DNA of 43,510 nucleotides from Bacteroidota bacterium (GTDB lineage Bacteria; Bacteroidota; Bacteroidia; Chitinophagales; Saprospiraceae): NCBI GenBank assembly GCA_039199865.1, contig JBCCSR010000001.1, positions 1 to 43,510 of the forward strand, read 5' to 3'. Shown piece by piece: positions 17,601 to 23,267 of this stretch (position 1 is its first letter; each line of letters starts with the position of its first letter). The notes under the pieces were generated by a model. It saw only the letters and a program-made list of their open reading frames with translations, ran no database searches and was not told where the DNA came from. The position numbers and the translations under genes were made by a program.

Positions 17601-19144
17601 AGGACAGTATCCTTCATCTTTTACTTGGACCAGAGGCGGGTTGGGTCAAAAAGATGTTTCAACTGTTAGCGAAAATATCAAAGACAAAAGAGGCAACGAA
17701 AAAAGAGCAGCAGCCAACTTCCCTGGATGCGACCCTCTTTGCGACTTTATTGCATCAGTATCAATTTGGTCCTGAGCTTTTTTTGCACCACTGTGTTTTG
17801 CGATTGGCTCAATGGCTCAATTGTGAGTGGAGGCCAAGTTTGAAAAAATTGAAAAAGGGGGTAAAACAAAGCGCTTGCTTTACCGAGAAGAGACAGCAAA
17901 TAATTCTGACTTACCTAAAGCGTTTGGCAAAAGATCAGGCGTCTTTTGAAGCAGCAGCAACTGCTGTAAAATTTGAGCAAAGAAAGCGCTTTGCCATTCA
18001 TCACCAATTTAGGAAACAGCAAGGAGTGAAGCAACTGACCATCAACCGAGCTTTTGAACAAGTGGAGTATTATTTTGTACATGGTTCTTTTCGTGATACT
18101 CAGGTCTTTGCAACCAGGAAGGAATTTAATCAAACGCTCAAGCGTTTGCTTCGTCAATTTTCATTGCCAAGTAAGGCGATGATGATGCGTTTGCTTCGTC
18201 AACATCAACTTGTGGAAAACATTGTGGATTTGTGTCCGAAAAAAATGTTTATCTTGCTCATACAGCTTTTTTACCCCAATCAAAGTCAGACGATTGTTCG
18301 CTTACAAGCAACCTTGTTGCAATTACTGCCTAAGGGGAAAGTCAGCAAAAAGATGGAATTGCGAAACAGCCAAGTACATTTACTCCGATTTATGGGGCTG
18401 CAAAAAGATGCTGTTTTTCAGATGGAGGTGTATGTACAGGATTGGTGTAAGATGCAAGCCGCTAATAGGCGGCTGAGCGAAAAACAAGTGATAGAACAAT
18501 TGTTGCAAAATACTTCAAGTATGCCATCAGTGATTGATGACAATTTTGTACAATGCTTAGAGGCTCTGAGTAAAAAACAAGCTACTGAGCCAAGCAAGGA
18601 AAACCCTTGGAAAAAAATGGAGGAACAAAGGATCCAATTGGAAGAAGCAGTTTATGTTCACAATGCTGGATTAGTGATTATTTCTCCCTTCTTGCCCCGT
18701 TATTTTGGGATGTTGGGTATGCTAGAGGAACGTCAATTTAAAGATGAAATTGCCGCCGAAAGAGCCGTGTTATTGACGCAGTATTTGGTGAGTGGTCGAA
18801 CAGAAACACCAGAGTATTTACTGGTGTTGAATAAAATATTTTGCGGGCTCGCCATTGAAACTCCCGTTCCTTTGACGATTGAGCTGACAGAGGAGGAGAA
18901 AAAGATTTCTGGAGAAATGATGAATGCTATTTTACAAAACTGGCCCCAAATGAAGACGAGCTCTTTGGATGGATTTCAAGGTGGATTTTTGATTCGAGAT
19001 GGACGCCTTGAAGAAGAGGATGACTACTGGGCCTTAGATGTTGAATCCAAATCTTTTGATGTTTTGTTACAGAGCCTCCCGTGGTCGATTTCTATCATCA
19101 ATCATCCTTGGATGAACAAACGAATACAAGTGAAATGGATATGA
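11687..19144 (+). CDS. Giant contractile-injection-system tape-measure-like protein (Afp14/Pvc14 equivalent), 2485 aa
   Basis: A single 7458-nt ORF lies between the Afp12-like and Afp15-like genes, which is the canonical tape-measure slot. The N-terminus (IIKRQIFNVEV..IRLEQLVLNCEYL) and the C-terminal domain (VYVHNAGLVIISPFLPRYFGMLGML..LLTQYLVSG..LNKIFCGL..LPWSISIINHPWMNKRIQVKW) resemble the conserved ends of eCIS tape-measure proteins, judged from memory rather than by search. Confidence 0.75.
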   Translation: MDENRHIIKRQIFNVEVGAEKEAPKIQEEVSRIYHAKLAPLIEKHLARYDQQLGTIRLEQLVLNCEYLHADHLEERLIAALEEQLPLLLASQIQRAPTAPSKNIAPAAPGVDSQQKLLQYFLRTGHFPWWASTTAIEFNSLLKSVLDRQAEWLFDFLRKTVGQTSVLRRLCCQTHPQVLEKIERQLLRDRLVRIQKHHQKLLRYFQRGLKKSIPLQPLALLLRQGHLHYALQYGQQSFDETLYFRCTLESIRKEQNTSLYRSVEQMLQRKKDKGRYQRFNDHLAKEWSNLMVREKQREKHLTRNWRPRAALFFFIQKGFFPEGQVLSMEELNEVVVNIFEKEKGSAYEQLTQLLVEEGFRLRLMHHLSARTLAYCVSKLLRLQKMGTTSLREDCIQLFEKVFRRKYTTQQLAAKIDQTIFYCAFQQELQPFQLIHLLQALLQKFSREQRQSYLQLIHQMVVNSKQMHLPNKDLLLSTWFRLYEQSLEGEANQGHRSVEQQLFHYLSDGSWEEGELVISPADLEKSWQTLLKENRPHFKKQLLHQLHKEKFRKRLLQQFSETTLQMVFVLLLGDWATKIPLYKKDLLTLFRQMYPRRYDRQKFAKQLDQLLLAYVVNRNHWPFQATFFLEKMLTDMQALTGQTLESALVLVNASFPELIRQKLLKSQLLHAAIPLAEQEEYFDNKTVTNHESDFIANLQHYLNREGQHPYSTRKSERDWRQDLSKRLLEKDPALLEFLQQHLRNTTAVEQLFDRFSPEVCLMVSNALFGRRSELMEKYFKDLRYISELALVGPFSKSQVNHFLELGVFLYLSQGEQSVFDPSSFLKKICQYLSQALPFPLEKLLLRIEEKARLLDQRQRFASPLPDLLRQIFPQQDQQEGPLQQQKDAASIQWLHYFLEKGKLPQHSPFESLAELEDYFLTVLSTNAGEAKRLLKTYLPKNRSLHYLLHHFSAKTIAHISQTMAASEWETAQKYLTDFRKIMAAMYVGVHSKKLLNRQIDAAFLTYCTSGQRGVFKPLVFINAILDYLAKAFNTTLGELSELAKTKAQRMEQEVRFASPLSDLLQQLEQEEEAKHFQHSINSPKASTDHLLYFLQKGTFAPDAVMPTMSQLENQFLQALKTAHPVFLTKVLEVLREATAFQHLTRQFSEVLRHDLLQVLNHQSTIWKSAYHMQLGELLHQVAMIRYPMYLIQRELDFAVIKGHVVHQKKEVALTAFVDTLVMHLSDSFAIGATDLSRSLEEIVQTMRRSGSVVEPLLQVLSERQVTLLEKRGNKASTEAIEAAIFAFVKTGRFKRQAVLGQREALEQQLILLLEKGATTFMRQMRASLKATSVLPKVIDLMTLPLLERWTELLWDDVPLIARYRQDFRQLFAAVPDKLEPRQGLPNELEKVLLLEGAARSRPNFQAPHFVLQIIRRLAMSYGLNVSTLLKKSVETARQIYLKKGFQTPLPNLLWQIREQPPIAVRAVNTQSVLEVVRYFLTKGQLPAASPQFETVLDLELQLLKVVKQKDVPFLRNLKDILTKSKKSQQYIQQLALETQATLGQVLGNVFLPNLREISEDLQLLLSKMEALRMTPQKCKSILNLTALEILTQNYSAASQENHYFERVLLNSVEQQVLPNRVYFEKVKQTLQVLTEQKILKRITKTKLQNWSFQEADLKSSLQVGTDVRQKANASRTEQQVISVLLQLLGTFLLTGHFESRKSVSTFLDFEWQLTALCKKGGKKFLHQLRQTWQKGDKHQKRIKAFAPQSLRSICQAINKQFSKGMEDLMSDLKQVLHGLEQLGSRTENIQLLVDESRLTTWTKAPNGTTTESELVRHVLHQLTQVRRMPLEVLGPKVLQETKKLRKGGRLKSQLWKHLQSIDFHEKEAAIYEEREDALEEMDPERLPLSEEQPLHRPTLEQPILSGNYLLDLLQYWLTFGETPWWSKNEEPLDEVLLRLGEEDPKRLLDTLRYALERPQQIQDFLNQLSEESQDSILHLLLGPEAGWVKKMFQLLAKISKTKEATKKEQQPTSLDATLFATLLHQYQFGPELFLHHCVLRLAQWLNCEWRPSLKKLKKGVKQSACFTEKRQQIILTYLKRLAKDQASFEAAATAVKFEQRKRFAIHHQFRKQQGVKQLTINRAFEQVEYYFVHGSFRDTQVFATRKEFNQTLKRLLRQFSLPSKAMMMRLLRQHQLVENIVDLCPKKMFILLIQLFYPNQSQTIVRLQATLLQLLPKGKVSKKMELRNSQVHLLRFMGLQKDAVFQMEVYVQDWCKMQAANRRLSEKQVIEQLLQNTSSMPSVIDDNFVQCLEALSKKQATEPSKENPWKKMEEQRIQLEEAVYVHNAGLVIISPFLPRYFGMLGMLEERQFKDEIAAERAVLLTQYLVSGRTETPEYLLVLNKIFCGLAIETPVPLTIELTEEEKKISGEMMNAILQNWPQMKTSSLDGFQGGFLIRDGRLEEEDDYWALDVESKSFDVLLQSLPWSISIINHPWMNKRIQVKWI
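12000..18550 (+). repeat. Eleven diverged tandem protein modules (~190-225 aa each) within the tape-measure-like CDS; boundaries approximate
   Basis: The anchor motif (hydrophobic-x-Y/F-F/L-L-x-x-G) recurs with its Gly at aa 125, 318, 508, 705, 900, 1096, 1290, 1482, 1694, 1919 and 2133. The corresponding nt anchors are 12035, 12611, 13184, 13766, 14354, 14945, 15524, 16100, 16733, 17408 and 18053. Confidence 0.7.
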
Positions 19145-20502
19145 AATTAGCTTCTAATAATGCAACGGTATTAAAACAAGAGTTCGATTGGCTAGGAAGC
19201 GTTCTGGACTTGCGTTTTAAGGTTTACTTCGAACAAGATACGCTAACCGATGTCTTAGCGGAGGTGCCTCCCCCGAGCTTGGAAGATGATGCCTCTCCCT
19301 ACGTACAAACCATTCGGAATTATGCCATGCAAGCCGAGCACCGCTTGATGTTGCTCTTGGCCATGGCTCCTCATGTTGCCCCTCAGTTATTGGATATTTT
19401 TCTGACCAAGAACAAACTGTACAATCGGGGCTTTACCGAATTTGGTGGTTTGTTGGGACAAAACCACAGTGGGATGATGCCGACGGGCGAGACGATTATC
19501 TTTGTATTATCGGGAGGAAGTTTGGAACGTCGCTTTCAATTGATGCCGCTTTTTGCGGAGGATCATTATTTTTTTAAGCACAATCTACTCCAACGTTTTT
19601 CGGAGAAAAAAGAAGAACCCCAATTGAGTGATGGCATTAGTATTTCGCGAGAATACCTGACTCGCTTTACGACTGGTGAGGTCTACCGTCCTCCTTTCAG
19701 CAGTGAATTTCCCGCCAAGCGAATTGAAACCCAATTGGAGTGGGAAGACCTCATTTTGGAAGATGCAATTTACGATGAGGTGGAAGAAATTTTGGCTTGG
19801 ATTGAGCATCAGCATACCATCATGAATGATTGGGGCTTGTCTAATAAACTCAAGCGAGGATATCGGGCGCTGTTCTACGGCCCGCCAGGAACCGGAAAAA
19901 CCTTGACTGCTTCTTTGTTGGGGAAGGCCACTCAGATGGAGGTTTATCGAATTGATTTATCACAAATTGTTTCGAAGTACATTGGAGAGACGGAGAAAAA
20001 TCTAGCGAGTATTTTCGATCAGGCCGAATACAAAAATTGGATTTTGTTTTTTGATGAAGCCGATTCTTTATTTGGCAAACGAACGACGACTTCGGATGCC
20101 AAGGATCGCTATGCCAATCAAGAGGTAGCCTATCTCCTGCAAAGGATTGAAGATTTTCCTGGGACCATTATTTTGGCAACCAATCTTTTGAGCAATATTG
20201 ATGAAGCCTTCCATCGTCGTTTTCAAAATATGACCTATTTTCCGATGCCAGATGCAGAGCATCGCTTGCTGTTGTGGAAAAATGCTTTTTCTGGTCAACT
20301 GAATTTACATCAAGATGTGGATCTCAACGAAATTGCGGAGCAATATGAAATCTCCGGAGGAGCAATCATCAATGTCTTGCGTTATTGTTCCCTGTCGGCA
20401 TTGCGACGAAAAAATGGAAAAGCTGATAACAATGAGATTACTCAGAAAGATATTATTCGAGGAATTCGGAAAGAGTTTAGGAAAACGGGACGAACGGTTT
20501 GA
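19141..20502 (+). CDS. AAA+ ATPase (Afp15/Pvc15-like CIS assembly ATPase)
   Basis: Motifs present are Walker A (YGPPGTGKTL), Walker B (ILFFDEADSLFGKR), sensor-1 region (TIILATNL) and R-finger region (AFHRRF). ATG 19141 overlaps the tape-measure stop as ATGA. ATG 19135 or GTG 19081 are alternative starts. Confidence 0.9.
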   Translation: MKLASNNATVLKQEFDWLGSVLDLRFKVYFEQDTLTDVLAEVPPPSLEDDASPYVQTIRNYAMQAEHRLMLLLAMAPHVAPQLLDIFLTKNKLYNRGFTEFGGLLGQNHSGMMPTGETIIFVLSGGSLERRFQLMPLFAEDHYFFKHNLLQRFSEKKEEPQLSDGISISREYLTRFTTGEVYRPPFSSEFPAKRIETQLEWEDLILEDAIYDEVEEILAWIEHQHTIMNDWGLSNKLKRGYRALFYGPPGTGKTLTASLLGKATQMEVYRIDLSQIVSKYIGETEKNLASIFDQAEYKNWILFFDEADSLFGKRTTTSDAKDRYANQEVAYLLQRIEDFPGTIILATNLLSNIDEAFHRRFQNMTYFPMPDAEHRLLLWKNAFSGQLNLHQDVDLNEIAEQYEISGGAIINVLRYCSLSALRRKNGKADNNEITQKDIIRGIRKEFRKTGRTV

Positions 20503-20610
20503 CGGGGATAGGAGGAAAGGGAGTTGGGAGCGCTTGAAGGAGCGAAACGATATATTATTAGATTGTTTTATGTATTTTGTGTCTTTCTTCACCTCAAAAT
20601 ACCTAAAACA

Positions 20611-20898
20611 ATGAATATTTCCCAAAAAATCAACCACATACAAGACCAGCAGTATGATGATGACATTACGGTTAGTGGTGTTCCCACTGGCTTTTTTCTC
20701 GCGGTTACCAATATGACTTTTCCGCAAGGATCCACTACTCGTGAAATCACTCTTGACTTGATGCCACTTGAGCAGCAACAAGACACCACGCTTACGACCA
20801 ACTCAGGGCTGTACACTCGCCAGAATGATGAAACTGCGATTAAGGTCACGGTGATGCAGGATGGAACGATGCAGGCAGAAAATACTCAGAACTATTAG
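20611..20898 (+). CDS. Hypothetical 95-aa protein, last ORF of the CIS operon
   Basis: It is an ATG-started ORF (MNISQKINHIQDQQYDDD..), on the same strand 108 nt after the ATPase stop, and is followed within 16 nt by a perfect hairpin. I recognise no motifs, and coding status is unproven. Confidence 0.4.
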   Translation: MNISQKINHIQDQQYDDDITVSGVPTGFFLAVTNMTFPQGSTTREITLDLMPLEQQQDTTLTTNSGLYTRQNDETAIKVTVMQDGTMQAENTQNY

Positions 20899-20913
20899 TT
20901 GGTTTGACTAGTT

Positions 20914-20953
20914 TCCATCCCATCTTTTTGCAGCAATGGAAAGATGGGATGGA
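20914..20953. terminator. Perfect 14-bp stem / 12-nt loop hairpin between convergent genes (candidate bidirectional terminator)
   Basis: tccatcccatcttt (20914-20927) pairs perfectly with aaagatgggatgga (20940-20953). It lies between the + strand stop at 20898 and the - strand stop at 20985. There is no strong U-tract on either side. Confidence 0.6.
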
Positions 20954-20984
20954 GGTTGGATTTTGAAATGAAACTGCTGTGTTA

Positions 20985-21383
20985 TCAAGTAGGTCCATCA
21001 TTTTTATATTGCGCCAATTCTTTTTCTAGGGCAGCAATCTTTTCATTGAGTTCGGTGGGAAGGCCTTGTGCTTTGGCAATAGCGGCGTCGAGCTCTTCTC
21101 CTCTCACTTTGTATTTGAGATCGAGATCTCCTAGTTTGAGTTTCAATTTGGTGAATTCTCCTTCTCGTTTTTCGACCTCATAGCGCGCTTGCGTAATTGC
21201 TGTTTTCAAATTGGTATTTTCTGTATGGGCTTGGTCGAGTTCGGTAGATAATGACTTGATTTGTGACTGATAGCCAGTTCCTTTGAGTAAGGCCCAAAAG
21301 AGCCCTCCCAAGACCCATGCTCCGGCCAGCATTAACAATAACCAAGGAGTACATTCTGGACAAAATATAGCGAGTTGAATCAT
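20985..21383 (-). CDS. Membrane-anchored coiled-coil protein (hypothetical)
   Basis: 132 aa with an N-terminal hydrophobic helix (WLLLMLAGAWVLGGLFWALL) followed by a heptad-rich region (IKSLSTELDQAHTENTNLKTAITQARYEVEKREGEFTKLKLKLGDLDLKYK..). It lies 58 nt downstream of the OmpA-family gene on the same strand. Confidence 0.6.
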   Translation of the reverse strand: MIQLAIFCPECTPWLLLMLAGAWVLGGLFWALLKGTGYQSQIKSLSTELDQAHTENTNLKTAITQARYEVEKREGEFTKLKLKLGDLDLKYKVRGEELDAAIAKAQGLPTELNEKIAALEKELAQYKNDGPT

Positions 21384-21441
21384 GATGGTTGATTTTTTGT
21401 TTTGTGGATTGGTATTAGCGGCGAAAGTTGATGCTCAAAAA

Positions 21442-22269
21442 TTAGTTGATGATATTTAGGACGGTCCTACGATTGCGATGTCTTCCCTCTTCCGTTTCGT
21501 TAGAGGTGGCAGGTTGTCTTTCTCCTTTTGAGTCGATGAGGATGCGTTCCTTATCAATGCCCAAATTATTGAGAATACTTCGAATGGAAGTGGCGCGTTG
21601 TAGACCTAATTTTTGATTGCTCTCTTCTTCGCCGACATTATCGGTATGTCCGGTAATGGAAACTTTCTCGGAGGTTTGCTTTAGACGATCCGCTAGTTTT
21701 TTGAGGTAGTCGTCGACTTTTGCATTCTGGTCCTTGACGGAGGAGTTGAAGGGGAAATAAATGGTTACTTCATTTTCCAGTTCTACGATGGTTGTTTCTC
21801 CCTTTTCTGGGGCAGCCATCCAATTGAAAGATAAGCCTTCAAAGGGGCCTGCTTCCATTTTGATGGTCTTGTCTTGAGGGCGAGATGAAATATCGATTCG
21901 CTCTAAGGGGACATCCGCTTTGATCAACGCTCGGAGAGCGGCTGCACGGGCGAGTCCCATGTTGTCGAAACCCTCTGGTGCTTTTTCATCGGAATGGTAC
22001 CAGCCGGTAATTTGTAAGATGTTGTCTTCCTTCATTCCGGCCAATATTTTTTGGCCTTTGAAGGCAGCGAAATCCTCGGCTAGAATAGGCGCTGATTTTT
22101 CCCATTCAAAAGCTAGGGGAAGACTGGCCGCAGCTGCTGCCGCAGGAGCAGCGATACTGGCTTGCTCAGCGCCACAACAAACCCCGGACAGGCGATTGCT
22201 GTACCACCATTGTGCCCCCATAAAATAGACTAGGGTGAAGGCAGATAAAAGGATAAGTTTGGTATTCAT
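21442..22269 (-). CDS. OmpA-family (OmpA/MotB C-terminal domain) protein with an N-terminal signal/anchor
   Basis: The canonical OmpA_C motif is present (ITGHTDNVGEEESNQKLGLQRATSIRSILNNLGIDKERILIDSKGERQPATSNETEEGRHRNRRTV). There is an N-terminal hydrophobic segment and an Ala-rich linker, plus a degenerate first OmpA-like half (ITGWYHSDEKAP..GLARAAALRALI). Confidence 0.85.
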   Translation of the reverse strand: MNTKLILLSAFTLVYFMGAQWWYSNRLSGVCCGAEQASIAAPAAAAAASLPLAFEWEKSAPILAEDFAAFKGQKILAGMKEDNILQITGWYHSDEKAPEGFDNMGLARAAALRALIKADVPLERIDISSRPQDKTIKMEAGPFEGLSFNWMAAPEKGETTIVELENEVTIYFPFNSSVKDQNAKVDDYLKKLADRLKQTSEKVSITGHTDNVGEEESNQKLGLQRATSIRSILNNLGIDKERILIDSKGERQPATSNETEEGRHRNRRTVLNIIN

Positions 22270-22564
22270 GATAGTTATTGTTTAAATGTTTCGTTTTGAT
22301 TTTGGTGGTGGAATGATCTATTGCGATCAAATTGTTTGGCGAGATTATATATTGCTAATATAATTAATTTTTTCTGATTATTAGCGTATCTTCACAATTA
22401 AGTGGTACTAAAAACAGTCGCTCTTTTTGGTGTTTAGGCGCTGAATTTCTACCCCAATGTAGCGCTTGTGAATCTTCGATAGCATTCGAATCCTTTCGTG
22501 GAATACAGTATCCTGCTTTCGGTCAACTGATGTTGAGCCATTTCAATTACAGAAAAGAACGCAT

Positions 22565-23098
22565 ATGCATTACACACATGAACGTCGCTTGATCAGCAAT
22601 TTGGATCCTTTTCATTTGCTGATGCATTTTTTCAAGAAGTATTCAAAGATTTATCCCAATATTGAAGATTTGATTGCAGTCTTGGGAGATGAACAGTCAG
22701 AGGTGAAAGAGGGCTTAATTTATGTTCGACCTTTTGATAAAAAAATTCGCAATGTACGGATTCAGGCAGATGTACATGATCCCAGTAAACCTCATTCTTT
22801 GCAATTGAGGTTTTCCAAAACGGCCCTGTCTTTTCAACAATGCATTCGACAATACGGCGCGTATCAATTGCAATTTAATGCTGATGACATGATCAGTCTT
22901 TTTTCTTTTCAGCAGCTTCGCTCCATTTATTTGAAGGCGATTCATTTTCAAGTGGCAGGAAAAATCAATGAAGATAAATTGGGAAACTTTACTTTTATCA
23001 ACCCTCTAAGCTACGATCGCAGCAAATTGAATCTTAATGAGATCTTTTTTAAAAATTTTACTTTAGTATTTAGGAATCCGGCGGCGGGTTTGTATTGA
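22565..23098 (+). CDS. Hypothetical protein (177 aa)
   Basis: This is the only substantial ORF in the interval, with an ATG start. I recognise no signal peptide or motif. The antisense 78-aa ORF is judged a shadow. Confidence 0.5.
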   Translation: MHYTHERRLISNLDPFHLLMHFFKKYSKIYPNIEDLIAVLGDEQSEVKEGLIYVRPFDKKIRNVRIQADVHDPSKPHSLQLRFSKTALSFQQCIRQYGAYQLQFNADDMISLFSFQQLRSIYLKAIHFQVAGKINEDKLGNFTFINPLSYDRSKLNLNEIFFKNFTLVFRNPAAGLY

Positions 23099-23123
23099 AA
23101 AGGGGAGGGGTGAGCAGGAGAAG

Positions 23124-23180
23124 AGCTCCAACTTCGGCTGGCAAAGCCATTTGCTTGCCTTGCCAACCGAGGTTAGAGCT
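23124..23180. terminator. Long imperfect hairpin (21-bp stem with 2 mismatches and 1 G-U) in a convergent intergenic region
   Basis: agctccaacttcggctggcaa (23124-23144) pairs with ttgccaaccgaggttagagct (23160-23180). It has no U-tract, so it could be a terminator or a REP-like element. Confidence 0.45.
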
Positions 23181-23190
23181 TGCTTGATAG

Positions 23191-23227
23191 CAAAGATCAA
23201 AAAGAGCTCAGTACCCATTGATCTTTG
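23191..23227. terminator. Second hairpin with a perfect 10-bp stem
   Basis: caaagatcaa (23191-23200) is the exact reverse complement of ttgatctttg (23218-23227). It lies 41 nt below the stop of the - strand M56 gene. Confidence 0.45.
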
Positions 23228-23267
23228 ACGGTGCTTTCAGAAAACATCGATTATTTGACTTCTAAAT

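Noticed and set aside
19081-19134. GTG-initiated 5' extension of the AAA+ ATPase ORF
   Set aside because: It would overlap the conserved C-terminal domain of the tape measure by 64 nt. The ATGA junction at 19141 is the more usual arrangement.
1-20898. Alternative readings of the tail-like cluster as a prophage tail module or a Bacteroidetes T6SS-iii
   Set aside because: No head, packaging, integration or lysis genes and no TssN/O/P/K/ClpV-type genes are in the window. A dedicated AAA+ ATPase with an Afp14-like tape measure points to an eCIS. This cannot be fully excluded without the upstream sequence.
20985-22269. OmpA/coiled-coil pair as an integral anchoring component of the CIS
   Set aside because: The pair is convergently transcribed and separated from the operon by a strong hairpin. 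OmpA-family genes are ubiquitous. It is kept only as a low-interest question.
22485-22493. TTCGAATCC, a tRNA T-loop-like string in the 22270-22564 intergenic region (possible tRNA or att remnant)
   Set aside because: The flanking 5-nt segments (tagca / ccttt) are not complementary, and no acceptor or anticodon arms could be built. It is probably a chance match.
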